A stretch of DNA of 64,000 nt from assembly GCA_030324005.1 (NCBI GenBank), contig JARDVH010000084.1, positions 92,988,417 to 93,052,416 on the forward strand. Direction: 5' to 3'. A program made the position numbers and the translations under genes. The first letter of the stretch is position 1; each line of letters starts with the position of its first letter. This DNA is from Negaprion brevirostris. Lineage: Eukaryota. This document shows, one piece after another, positions 24,351-36,499 of the stretch. Below the pieces are notes generated by a model. That model was not told the origin of the DNA. It saw only the letters and a program-made list of their open reading frames with translations, and did no database searches.

Positions 24351-25459
24351 AATCAGAATTTGGTAAGCAATGAAGAAACTAGTTAGGTAACCCTAAAGGC
24401 AGTAATCTCTGTATGATTGTAAATACCATGCGCAAAAGATCTAGCGAAATCAAAACAAAGCTACATAGTGCAACACGGGAACATAACAGGTTGCTAAGAG
24501 ACATGTTCAAAAGATGTTTCGCTTACATGGGATCTGTACAAGTCGAATGGCTTGTACATATGATGAGACACGACTGAGTGTTTTGCTGTGTTCACTCTTA
24601 GGGAGAATGCAACCTAAATAGCTAGGGTTATGAACATTATTAATAATTGCATCGGATAATTTGAATAGAACAGTGGAGGAAACATATGGAACGACGATTT
24701 GAAATTGGAAATCATTTATTTTGATTAGAATGAAAGTCAAAGTCATAAAGTGAAAATCGGGAATATTGTGCATACATTAATGGACAGAGTATGCTGTTTT
24801 TTTAAACAAATTAGGACACATTCTCTTAGTGTCAGTTCGTGGAAGTAGTTATAACAGAGGCACAGTAAAGAGGCCGCTCTGGTGTCAATATTAACCGTAA
24901 ATAATTGTTCCTGAATGTCAACAAAACAGTGTAAACAACATTGGCTGCCGCTATTGACCAAAAGAGAATTGCACCAATGTGGAAAATCCGATGTACCACC
25001 TGTTCAAGAACGGAATGTGCTTCCTGCGAATTTGGGATTTGAACGTCGAATGGAATGGCTAGGAGTGAGCTGGGGATTTTTTGGGTGGGAGGGCGGTGGG
25101 GGGCTGATATTGCTCTCGCTTTATGTTACAAACTAATGGCCAAGATGTGGCTAAACAAATTTCAAGATAATTGCAGAGAATTTTGAAAAGTAACGAGAGG
25201 TCCTAATTCCGCGTTTTTTATTTTCTAAAAATAGATAGAAATAGATTTATTTTTGAAAAGGATGTCAGTAGCCGAACGCAGACTATGTAAAATAACATTG
25301 TAATGGAAAACTGTATAACCGTTCCAACATGCACAGATATTAAATGTTCACAATTGGGCTATGCCACTTGTTAAGATAGAATGGGCGTACTGGTAGGCTC
25401 TGTTCTTCGCATTAAATTGAGACAAGTGTCTCAAATTTTAGAAGGAGGACATTGAGGGA

Positions 25460-25770
25460 ACGGTGAACATCAGTCATCTAGGTGGCACAGTTGTTTGTCC
25501 TGATGCCTCGCAATAAGATTCCATCCGTGAATCTCTGTGGATTTTGCATATTCTGGCGACATCAGCGTGGGCTTCCTCTGGGGCCGCAGTTTCCTCCCAC
25601 AGTCCAAACATGTGCAGGTCAGCTGGATTATTCGTGCGAAATTGCCCGTTGGGGTCCAAAATATGTAGTTTAGGGGAAATAATCGGGTAAATGCCGGTTA
25701 TTAGGGCGGGATGGTGTAGGGTGTAGTTTCGGGGTCACAGTCCTCTGACCGAGTCCGTAGAGATATATTA
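25460..25770 (+). mobile_element. HE1/V-SINE, decayed
   Basis: 'ctgtggattttgcatattctggcgacatcagcgtgggcttcctctggggccgcagtttcctcccacagtccaaacatgtgcaggt' is a V-domain core. Confidence 0.75.
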
Positions 25771-25949
25771 ATCTAGATTTGCTGTAGAACATGAACAAGA
25801 GTAACAATTATCCAATTAATGCAGGGACACAAATCTCTATGCAGTAGTACTGGACCGCGCCAGACGAAAGAGAAACAAACGTTTACAGTTAAAACGATAC
25901 ATTTATATTCGAGCAACTTAAAATAGAGACAGTTGATACGCAATCAGGG

Positions 25950-26580
25950 TACTGCCTACATCAACCCACAGTCCGGAAGCTCATCCACGACCAGACCTCC
26001 CACTGCCTGACGACTATGAGCTTCACTTTCTAACAACCATACCACCCCCCAACTCCTCGCCACCACACACACAACGTCACACTCTCATCAAACTGATTAA
26101 TGCCCATGCGTGAGAACCAACACCCACCTTGGACTCGGGTACCTATCGCGTCCTGCGACCTCTAGATGTCTAATAAGCCTCCACCCGCAGGTCCAAAGGG
26201 CCCAAGCAGCCATCCAACGGATTGTGAAAGGAAGCAGCCAGATCCCCACTCAATCGCCAAATAGCAGAGAATCCGCCTTTCCTGATGACGGTCACCAATC
26301 TCTAATGTCTGACGAAACAGCTATCTACCCCTGGGAAAAAGACTACCCCTCCTTTTCCAAGGCTGGACATCACCACAGTCCCTACAATTCCTCCTAACCT
26401 GTTGCACCAATCAAGAATTTCCGCCACGAGTTGTCTCCCACTCTACTGACTCGTTCAACCCATCACCCCTATATCCGACCGTTAGCCATTCCAAATGTCT
26501 GGTTACTGCAGCACAACCATCGCGGTCTAGATCCCGGCCCCGTTGTGCAAAACGTATCCACTTGCATTAGAAACTTCACT
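25950..26580 (+). mobile_element. L2-like LINE ORF2 (APE region) fragment, decayed
   Basis: C-rich segment with 'ccaacacccaccttggactcg' resembling the L2 APE PTH..GxxLDL motif. Confidence 0.4.
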
Positions 26581-27366
26581 TTATGATGCTCCCTCAAATT
26601 AAGTGTAACCTTAAAGATTCAAAACTTCACGGCACAAAGAGGAGAGGAAACGGGCGAGATGTACTTCGTCAGATATCAACGTGAGGCATTGTGGGTAACT
26701 GCGCTGCTGGATACTGTCTGGCTTCTGTCACGAAGGAAGAGGCTGGCGCCGCACAAATTAGCCCTTGGTAACTGGCGACGAGTGGCAATCCCATGTCAAT
26801 CGGACCACGCAACGACCATTTACACATTTGTTTATTGAACGAACCCAGAAAGAAATTGTTAATTTGCATTTGAAGGAATACGGATGCACACATCTCTTCT
26901 CAACAACGTTGTCATTCATTGTTTTATCACAAGCCAAAAGTAACACAACAAAATGAAGTTTATTCCATAGACGTGCACATGATATCGCCATTTTGGTCAA
27001 TTAGCCACAGACTTTAAGACAGCAGGCGCAAATGGATCACACTTCAAGCTGATATATTGTTGAAGATTCACACCTTTGAGATTTAATGCTGTGTTTGATG
27101 TTTCTACGTCTAAAATCCAAAAACAGTTACAGTTAATCAGAATCCCAATTACTTGTTAATGGGTCACCTCTTAATGTTCACCTCATAATAGAAAGAAGAG
27201 TTGACGTTATAATTATGCCACAAGACATAAATTAAGTTGTGTCATCTTATCCAAATAGAAGAGCATCAAGTGAGAAGAGCAAAAATCATACCTTTCGAAA
27301 ATAGCTAATAAGTCGAGAGTTTTGGAAAGTTCATGCTTATTATTCAGACATCAGTTGTGACGAAGT

Positions 27367-27426
27367 AGGGAAAAGGTGAACGCAATTTGTACCTGAAGGG
27401 AAAAGGTGAATGGATTTTGTACCTAG
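27367..27426. repeat. 30-bp tandem duplication
   Basis: agggaaaaggtgaa...tttgtacct occurs at 27367 and 27397. Confidence 0.85.
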
Positions 27427-28139
27427 AATATGTCACAAACATAACCCTTCATCATTACTGTTCTTCTCAAACTTATACAGCTCGTGACTTTAATATAAAC
27501 TATTTGTTCATGTGTTACATTGTTTAACTCTCATTTTCATAAAGTCAGATAGTTTAATGTGGTTGTTACTTTGCAGACTTTGTAAATCTTACCTATCTGT
27601 GTTAGTTGGACATTATTACACAGTTGGTAGTTTACGATACGGGCTTTTGACAGTTGCTGATGGCAGATCGCGATGCCGGCTTTTAACAGGAAGAGTTCTG
27701 CTGGGACAACCGCGATCGCACAAGTAACTTCAAAGTCCGGGATGCCTGTACTATTGCAGAAAGGTTTTGCCTCGTGGCCGTGTGTCATGACTGCAGCTGC
27801 CAGCTGGACTGTGAATCGTGATTAAATCTGGGGCTGTATCACGACCAAGGAAGGNNNNNNNNNNNNNNNNNNNNNNNNNNNNNNNNNNNNNNNNNNNNNN
27901 NNNNNNNNNNNNNNNNNNNNNNNNNNNNNNNNNNNNNNNNNNNNNNNNNNNNNNCTGTTTCAGAGGTATTATTTTACCTACAACAGTGACGGCAAATGGA
28001 AGGGAAGTCAGGGCAGTAATTAACAAATAAGTAAAGACCGAACGACCAAATCATTCAAAACACTGGCAGGTCCAATGATGAAATGAAACTTTACTGAGTA
28101 TTAATTGGAACAGTGTCATTTGAGGCAAATCCTATCAGA

Positions 28140-29330
28140 GTCATCCAGTCATCGAGGTTTGCAGCGTGGAAAGAAGCCATTCGGCCCAACTTCTCCATGT
28201 CACCCTTTTCTTAACTCCTAAGCTAATCACAATTTCCCGCATTTGGTCAATATCCCTCTATATCCATCGTACCCATGCAACTTTCTAAGTGTTTTTTCAA
28301 AAGATACATTTGTAGCCGTCTCTGCTACTACCTCTGGCAGCTCGTTCCAGACGCTCACCACCCTGTGTGAAAGAATTGCTCCTCTGGACACTTTTGCATC
28401 TCTCACCTTTCACCATAAATTTATGTCCTTTAGTTTTAGACGTCCCTTATCTTTGAGAAAACATACTGACGATCTACCTTTTTTCTACGCCCTTCATTAT
28501 TTTATAGGCCTCTTTAAAGTCAGCTCTCAACTTCCTATGCTCCACAGGAAAGAAAGTTCGGGTCGATTCAGCCCCTCCTTATAACGCAATCCATCAAGTC
28601 CCAGTAGCATTCTAGTAAATCGTTCCTGCACTCTTTCTAGTTGAATCATATCCTTCCGATTACAAAACTTCCCAACACCTGTATGTAGTGTTCTGGCCGA
28701 TGAAACCAAGTATGCTGAATGCCTTCTTCACCACTCTGAACACTTTCAAGGAGTTATGAACATGTACCCCTATATCTCTTTGTTCTATAACTCTCTCAAC
28801 GTCCTAACATTAACTGAGTAACTCCTGCCCTGGTTCAATCTACCAAAATGAAGTACCTCACATTTGTATAAATTAAAGTTCATCTGCCACTCATCAGCCC
28901 ACGCGCCCAATTGATCAAGATCCCGTTGCAGTTGGAGATAACATTTTTCACCTAGCAGTATGCCACGAATGTTGGTGTCATCTGCAAACTTACTAACCAT
29001 GCCCCCTATATTCTCATCCGAATCTTTAATAAAAATTACAAATAACAGTGGGCCCAGCCCTGACCGCTGAGAGACATTGCTAATCACAGTTCTCCAATTT
29101 GAAAAAAAAACTCTCTACAACCATCCTCTGTTTTCTGTCAAGAAGCCAATTTTATATCCATTTAGTTACCTCAACCTGGATGCCGTGAGATTTAACTTGA
29201 TGCAACAACGTACCATGCGATAGGTTGTCAAAGGCCTTGCTAAATTCTATGTATACTGTATCAGCTGCACTGCCCTGACCTACCTTCTTGGTTACCCCTT
29301 CAATTTAATTTATGAGACATGATTTTCCAC
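28140..29330 (-). mobile_element. CR1 LINE RT to 3' end (5'-truncated)
   Basis: ORF 28785..29087 has GLGPLLFVIFIKDSDENIGGMVSKFADDT..LQRDLDQLGAWADEWQMNFNLYKCEVLHFG. ORF 28527..28709 has LERVQERFTRMLLGLDGLRY. Confidence 0.92.
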
Positions 29331-29399
29331 TGATTACGCTGGTCGAAGAAGAATTCCAAGAACACTCAAGGACATGAGGTATGTTCCATCCTTTATGCC

Positions 29400-30600
29400 C
29401 AGTAAAATACTTCTGTGGTAACTATCTTTCCCGAGTTCCTTCCTGTGTAACATTACCTAATGTAAAACTAGATTGACGTATTTTTTTTAGAATTTTAGAG
29501 CCATAAACTCAGGAAAGGCGCTTTGACCATCACATCTGCAGCATAAAAAAAAAACAGGAAAGGCACATCAATCCAATTTTCCATATTTGTTCCTTATTTA
29601 GAATGTATTAGCTGAAATTAATCCCGATGAAATAAACTATTCAACTGATCTTCCATCACCAAATTACAAGTTTATTTTTATGGAACCAATTTTCACGACG
29701 TTAGCTTTTTCTTTTGAGACAAATTTTTGAAACTGTAGCTACGTGTTGCTCTATCTCTAGGGGATTTTCTATCTTATTTTTCCCCGTTTTTTATTTATAT
29801 ATATATATATTCAGTGCATTCTGAAATATCCCAATGAATTATTCCCATTTAATTACTATTGGTTTACCCATTATCGAGTTTGCCTATTCACTTTTACCAA
29901 GTCAGCTGTCGTTCGTCATCATCATTGCACTCAACGAAGATATAAACATGGCTACCGACCACCTCCCACAAATGGAACGTGGAATTCAATCGCATTACTG
30001 ACGCTGCTCAAATCATTATGAAACTTTCCATCTCATTGCGCAATTCGTGTCTAGTATGGCCTGCTCTTATAAATTCCAGGAACGGCAGCTGAAAGAAACC
30101 ACGTCGGGAATATTTAATAAGGCTCTCTTCTAGTTTAACTTTATCTTCCATTTCAGTTCACTGATCTATATGTTGACGAAAATATTAAATGATTATCGCT
30201 GTGTTTTGCTGACAAACTCCAGTCATTTATCTTTATATCACCATCAACAATTTGGATATACTTAGTGTTTTGTGCATCTGTGCACACTTCATGCCCTTTC
30301 TAAATATCATGTACTCTTCATAATTCTGTTCCCAAACAATTGTCTGCTGCAGCAGTATCTCTGCCATGCCTGAAAAATAGAGCATATTATTGTCGATCTG
30401 CGCTCTCTGTTCATCTCTTTTACTTCAAATGCTACGTGCATTCTGTTACAAAAGCTTTAGTTTCACCATTTCATTCTGTTGTATATCATACAACCTCACT
30501 TGTTGAGTTATTATTTGGTATGTACTCTCTAAACCTTCCTCGAGAGAGTTAACTTAACATTTGTCATTTGCAAAATGTTACAGTCCATTAAAAACTGTGC
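29400..30600 (-). mobile_element. Decayed Academ-like transposase relic A9
   Basis: The minus strand at about 30260-30378 reads FSGMAEILLQQ..MIFRKGMKCAQMHKTL (cf. GSGxxxxLxE..GKxYxRAxRxHKxxxEAL). Boundaries are uncertain. Confidence 0.5.
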
Positions 30601-30839
30601 AATAGCACAGCAATTCGAACTGCAAACTTAACACAGCTTCGGGTACAAGTGGCAACGAATAACATGGAATAAAGTGAACCGGTACTTGTAATATACTTCG
30701 GTTGACAAAAAAAAAACACAACAAGCCTACTTAATGAGATATCGACCCGCCCTGCTGGGGATAACACATTAGTATGAATCGATTAATTAATTGCTGATAT
30801 AAAGCAAATAGTTGTGATAAGAGGGACTTTTCATTTTAG

Positions 30840-31815
30840 CAGCACTAACGAGTGGAGTGCCAGAGAAAAGAGTCCTCGGGTCACAATTATTTACATTAAA
30901 TATTCATAGATTAGACCAAAGGAAATGAATGTGCTATTGCTATGTCTGTGGGTGGCAAAGCGTAGTTGTGAAGGCAAGTGGCGAGAGTGATACAAATGGC
31001 AGGCTCAGGAATGAAAACTGATAGAATATGTGGTAGAAACTGTAGAATATTCGTTCAAACGAATGAGAAGTTATGCCCTTATTGGGAAGAAAATAAATTA
31101 AAAGATGGATATTATTTTAATAGAAACAGACTGTAGAAAACGTGCATAAATCACAAACAAAGAAAAACACCAACATGCAGGTTCAGCAGGTCACAAAGAA
31201 ACTTAGTCCTTGTATCAATCTGAAATATGTTTCAAAAAATGATGCACTACTAAAATAAGATAAAACACTTAGAAGACTACACGTTGAATGTTATGAACAA
31301 CTTTGATCCCTTTACCTGTGGAAATAAATATTTGCTTTGTGGCAATCCAGAGATGGTTTGTTATGTTGGTGCCATTTTTAGGGAATGTTCTTACGAGAAG
31401 ACGTTCAGTAGGTTTCGATTATAGCGAATGAGGTCATGCTTAAATGAGCCGTTTAGGATACTCAGATGGCTTCGCAAGATAGGTGTTGGAGAGTTGTTTC
31501 GCGTCCTGGGAGAGTTTCCAAGTAAAGGGCATAATGGGGAGTCGCCCATTAACGACATAATGAAGGAGGAAATCCTTTCACTCAGGGCAGTGTACCTGTG
31601 AAATGTTTTACCACAGGTGACTGTAAATGCTGAATTGATTCGAAAGGTCAAGGCTGACAGAGTCGGATTGTTAATCAGTAAGAAAATTAGTAATGGTGGG
31701 GACAATAGGGAAATTGGAATTGAAAATGTAGGAATCAGATCATTAATGGCAGAACTCAGTCGACCGATAAAATGACGCGCACCTCTCCTAATGTTTTCTA
31801 GCTGTATGGTCTTCT
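30840..31815 (+). mobile_element. CR1 LINE RT/3' region, decayed
   Basis: 'actaacgagtggagtgccagag..agtcctcgggtcacaattatttac' (SGVPQGSVLGPQLF); 'tcactcagggcagtgtacctgtgaaat' 3' motif and a CR1 tail near 31800. Confidence 0.75.
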
Positions 31816-32037
31816 CAATTTTAAATTCCCTGCAATAAGGAGTTTCAATTGTCTCTTGTTTCTGCACTTTTAATTACCAAATATTTCCAAATTGTAGCAC
31901 ACAATACGGATGTTCAGATTAACCCCTTATTATTAACAAATTATGTGGCTTCCAAAAAATAGCACCATTGATTTGCAGATTGACAGAAAGATACAGTTCA
32001 CACTTATTTCCACCTCCAGCTTCAATGCCACAACACT

Positions 32038-32235
32038 GGGGCGGCACGTTGGCACAGTGGTTATCACTGCTGCTTCGCAGCTCCTGAGACCTTGGTTCGC
32101 TTCCCGGTTTGGATCACTGCCTGTGTGGAGTTTGCAGATCTTCCTCGTGTCTGCGTGCGTTTCCTCCGGGTGCTCCAGTTTCCTCCCACAGTCCAAAGAT
32201 GTGCGGGTTAGGTTGATTGGCCATGCTAAGAAATT
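32038..32235 (+). mobile_element. HE1/V-SINE (tRNA-derived head + V domain), running into a gap
   Basis: 'gggcggcacgttggcacagtggttatcactgctgc...ggttcg...ctgtgtggagtttgca...tttcctccgggtgctccagtttcctcccacagtccaaagatgtgcgggttaggttgattggccatgctaa' with A- and B-box-like motifs. Confidence 0.92.
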
Positions 32236-32639
32236 NNNNNNNNNNNNNNNNNNNNNNNNNNNNNNNNNNNNNNNNNNNNNNNNNNNNNNNNNNNNNNNNN
32301 NNNNNNNNNNNNNNNNNNNNNNNNNNNNNNNNNNNCCCCCACCACCCCCCCCCCCCGCCCCTCCGCCTTTGAGCCACGCATTCAGCTCTCTATGCTGATT
32401 TGCCTTTCGGTTCCTTACACGTGAGTCAGTTATAATTCATCGATTATTATGATGTTTGAATTTTTGTCTCATTTCTTGTTGGCTCGGTCTCAGACTTACT
32501 ATTTCGAACTTTCATCTTTGTTCTGCATATTAGGTAGATAGACGCATACCAAGACAATGCAAACTCCTCTGCAGCTCGGAGCAGTTGTCGAAGCAAAAAA
32601 AAAGATTTTTTTTTCATTTTAGATAGCAATTATGTGGAG

Positions 32640-33150
32640 CGCAAATCACCTCTTGGGCACCTAAGGCCTGTCCAGCAATGATGAGGCTGAATTCAAGAGT
32701 GCAATGTAGTATGTTCCCCTTGCTCAAGGAAACTTGCCACATTACTTGCAAAGCAACCCACTTCACCGATACCTCGTCCGCAATGATGTCTCGCTCCATC
32801 ACCGATGTACAATTGTAGCAGCTGAAACCATGCATGTTGATATCTAGGAATACATATTATTTTTCGCAGCTTAGAAAATCAAGAATACGACCATCGAGAT
32901 GTACACGGGCAACAATACCACGGGATCGCTACCGTTTGTATGTTCCGCTCTAAGAGTTGGAATGCGATCGCCTTTCTTCCTCTCTGGCTGGATTGGAATC
33001 CTGGCACTTCCCCCCCAGCAGCATTGCAGGTCAGCCTACACAACATGAACAGCAATGATTCTATATGTCAGGTCATCACCGCCTTAAACGACAATTTGTT
33101 ATATGAGGTGATTACTGGCACAGACAGTGATAACCACGTCCAATGAATGA
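32640..33150 (+). mobile_element. CR1/L2-group LINE 3' region, decayed
   Basis: 'cctaaggcctgtccagcaatgatgaggctgaattcaagagtgcaatgtagtatgttcccct' (cf. PQSLSTIYKAQVRSVMEYSPL) and 'aatcctggcacttccccccc'; same family as 57440-58210. Confidence 0.6.
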
Positions 33151-33299
33151 CTCTACATACAAAATCACATTGATCAGCCCATTGTATATTAGTATTCTCA
33201 AAATAGTGCTCTCCATTTCTGTCGTACTCAGAGACCCCAATGCATCACTAAAACATTGAAAAACGAAGTAATCAACTCAAAATGAGGAACCAATTCGCC

Positions 33300-34900
33300 T
33301 TGTGCGTCAGAACAAAATCGGCTTTAACAAATCACGAGGTCAAATATAATAACGTCGTGCGTTCCTTCTCGAAAATCTGATACTCGATAACAACTTCGAG
33401 TGTACGGTCGGTTTGCCGTCAGGAATTTGCACAGTCCACGAACTCAAACCAAAACTCTCGGTGTACAGTAGCCTGTACTGCAGAGAGGCCACCGACATAT
33501 GTTTGCATGCATTAGGGAAAAATACAGTTAACTCGTTTAGTTCATCCTTTGATCATTAAACAGATGGTAACAATGGAAACACAATGTGAATTCAAACGTT
33601 ATGCAAAGTTTGGAGAAAATTGTCTGCTGGAAACTTGACTGTACATGTATTTGCCAGCGATGATTTTCCATCGTTGCGAATGCCCATAACAAAGGTATGA
33701 AGAATCAAAACAACGTGGCATAGACAATGCAATTTCCAGTATCCTGTGCGGGCCTGCCCATGGTCTGACTCATTGCAGACAACAAGCATAGTCGTTTTGT
33801 CACTACAATTTTAAAAGAAAAAGTTTTTTTTTATGCGGGATTTAATTTTGTACCGCAACAATCTATGACGAGCACAACACGTTTTGAGAAAATAAGCGGA
33901 CTGAGTTAAGGCGAATATCTATCAAATTAATATCAAAGTTTTCAATGCACACATACGACACTTGCCTTTATTTTGAGTAGCAAATTAAAGTATTTCAGTG
34001 TATATTGAGGTGACTTGAATGCTGCCGTTTATAAATTCGTGATGACAAAATGTTTCGAAATTAATGTCTCATGCTATCAAAGTGGCTTTGTTATGGTTCT
34101 CCGATCTGCAATCTACCGTCATCTATAAAGCTTTGTTCGCGTTTCAATAATTTCCAACTGTGCTCACACAGCATTGACGTGTACAGTAATATTATTTCGA
34201 ACAGAAGAAATCTTACTTTGAAGCTTCCTAAATGTTGGCCTCCGTAGTTCTAGGGATACGAACATATTTGAGATTCATAGTTAATTTTCAACAGCACATA
34301 CATTGACTTAAGGACGAATCCAAGACTGGTATCCACATTTGATTTCTAAAGGTATATATGTGTATCATTCTGTAACGTTCTCTTGGTTGCATACCTTCAT
34401 TTGCAACCGGACGATTTTTTTTTAACTAATTAAATCTGCATCATGCATTTTAACATTATGTTGGATATGGTTATTATGATCTATATTCCATATCCACTAA
34501 TATGACTTCAAGCTGGTCACGTTACCAATTGAAATTAACTAAGTCGGTTACTCAATAAGTAGATAGCAGCTGAGTAATACGCACGTTCCTTAAAATAATT
34601 TGATTAATGAGAAATTCTACTCGGGAATTACGATGATAATTATTTTACTTGTAAGCACAGAAATCGTTATTGTTGTAGTTAGATCGCACATTGTTGAACC
34701 AAAGTTCTTTTTAAGCAAATGATAATTGTTTCCTATTTACCGAGTTCCTTACGAAGCAATTTAATTTCTGAACAAGATAAAAGTGGAAAACATTGCATTC
34801 GCGGATTAGTAACAGCAGAAATTTGCCACATGGAGTTACGTTACATACAAATTACTTCCAAATATCAATGTACAGTGTTGCGTGTAAGATGCTTTTAAAA
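33300..34900 (-). mobile_element. Decayed Academ-like transposase relic A10
   Basis: ORF 33592..33789 reads MLVVC..QARTGYWKLHCL..LILHTFVMGIRNDGKSSL (cf. MxxIL..RAERTGNWxLHL..MLPYFAAxGHxNYAKSA), one of the clearest matches. Boundaries are uncertain. Confidence 0.65.
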
Positions 34901-35012
34901 GAATCCTTCCGTATCTTCTTCAATTTCGAAGGATTTTTTTTTAAAATCGTGATCCTAGATGTAAATCTGAGCTTTTCGATTTGATTTTCGTCTGGATGCA
35001 ACTTTAATTTAC

Positions 35013-35180
35013 TAAGGTTTATTTATTTGCGTCACAATTAGGCTTCGGTAACAAGGCAATAGAGTTATTGTGTAAAACCCAGAGTCCCCACACTCCAGCG
35101 TCTGTTTTGGTAGACTTAAGGAAGAATTTAACGTGACAAATACACCTCATAAGCACATCTTTTGGATTCTGGGACTAGCA
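35013..35180 (-). mobile_element. V-SINE 3' part
   Basis: 'aaggtttatttatttgcgtcacaattaggctt...cacactccagcgtctgttttgg...gaatttaacgtgacaaatacacct..gcacatcttttggattctggga'. Confidence 0.6.
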
Positions 35181-35619
35181 CTATATGTTGTTTCTCAATC
35201 AATAATTTACATTATATGAACAAAACATGTATCCATTTAACAGCAAGCATAGATAAATGTTCTACCTTCATCCTTTAGACGCAGCAGTGCCTCTGTTAGA
35301 AAAATAGATACTCGTAGATATTAAAATAAAATCGTTTTGCGCTACGACTTGCACTGAGCAAATTAAATGATCAAGAATGCTAGCTGGGGCCTTTGGTCAG
35401 TAACTGAGAAAATAATTTCAATACGGATAAGGGTCAAATGAAGCGTGTTTCGTTAAAAAAAAGTGTAGAAAGACCACGTACCTTGCTCAGAATTAAAAAC
35501 AAAAAAAAAGTTATTTTCGGAACAACGCATATCTTTCCATTTAATGGATCATTTGCATCTGGCTGTTAGTAACGATACGAACTTTGTTTTTATTTTATTT
35601 TAGATGTGTGCTTCACGTG

Positions 35620-35960
35620 AATTACACATGGTGGCTTCAAAACATACGTTCTAATCCTGTGGGGGAACGTAGTTTGAGGATAAGTGGCAAACATTTTAGA
35701 ACTGAGGTGATTGAGAACTGTTATCAAAAAAGAACAGCAAATCTGCCGAATTCATTGCCACAGAACGTGTTTGATCCCAAAGTGGTGTGTGATTTCAAAG
35801 GCAAATTAGATGCAGCTCTTGGAGATAAAAGCATGAAAGAATATTGTGGGGAGGTTGGATTAGGGTATTCTATTTGATGATCAGCCATGATCAAAATGAA
35901 TGACAGAGTGGTTCAGAAAGGCGAATGGACTATTTCTGAGTCTTTGCTCTATGTTTCGTG
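35620..35960 (+). mobile_element. CR1 LINE 3' end
   Basis: ORF 35584..35877 has RSLRISGKHFRTEVIENCYQKRTANLPNSLPQ..FKGKLDAALGDKSMKEY, followed by the tail 'tgatcagccatgatcaaaatgaatg'. Confidence 0.8.
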
Positions 35961-36499
35961 TCTAGATGTTCGAAAGGCAGTGGTACGGTCAATATCCCAA
36001 TATGTTTATATTTTTCAAACCTTTAAATTGAGCTAATTGCTATTGATGTTTTGTTCGTTTGGTGAAATTTAAAAATAGGAACTCAAAAAATACTTGGAAA
36101 CAAATATGTTTCTGCCAGTGACTTTTGCCCAGGGACAAACAGGGAGGCAAAGGAGAACAGGACAAAGAACAAATATAAGTGACAATAAAAGCAGAGAACT
36201 CAGTTTCTGTAATAAGAAATCCGGCAAGTCGGCTGGGGAGTGAATTCATGGAACATATCGTGAGTGGAATTAGCAGTGAGTTTAAAATTCAAATTCTGCA
36301 ATATCCAGGTGGGTAGAAAGCGGAAATACATTTCCTAATTCATTCTCTGAAATTCACCGGAATAAACTTATTTGAAACTGAATATCTCCAAGCAAACGTA
36401 ATATAGAGACAATGGTATATCTTCACAGGGCTGTTGTATACTTCCAGGTTGCGGAGATAAAATAGGTGCCACGGTTTTGAAACGTTATCTTGTCTCCTT

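Larger units (their letters stand above)
24480..27830 (+). mobile_element. Decayed Academ-like transposase relic A8, split by SINE and L2 insertions
   Basis: HGIC..TYDETR; ASDNLNRTVEETYGTT 24649-24696 (cf. ADNxDxNxxTxxGxxTFH); LVTG..FIERT (ORF 26765..26956); RFNAVFDV 27079-27102; VHAYYSDISCDEVGK ~27329-27373; VGSLRYGLL (ORF 27512..27727); CSCQLDC ~27790. Confidence 0.7.

Noticed and set aside
26700-26960. Conserved enhancer with octamer (ATTTGCAT), Sox and RFX-like motifs
   Set aside because: Short motifs like these are expected by chance, and the stretch is explained as coding remnant of relic A8.
32038-32110. tRNA gene
   Set aside because: It is the tRNA-derived head of an HE1 SINE, not a complete cloverleaf gene.
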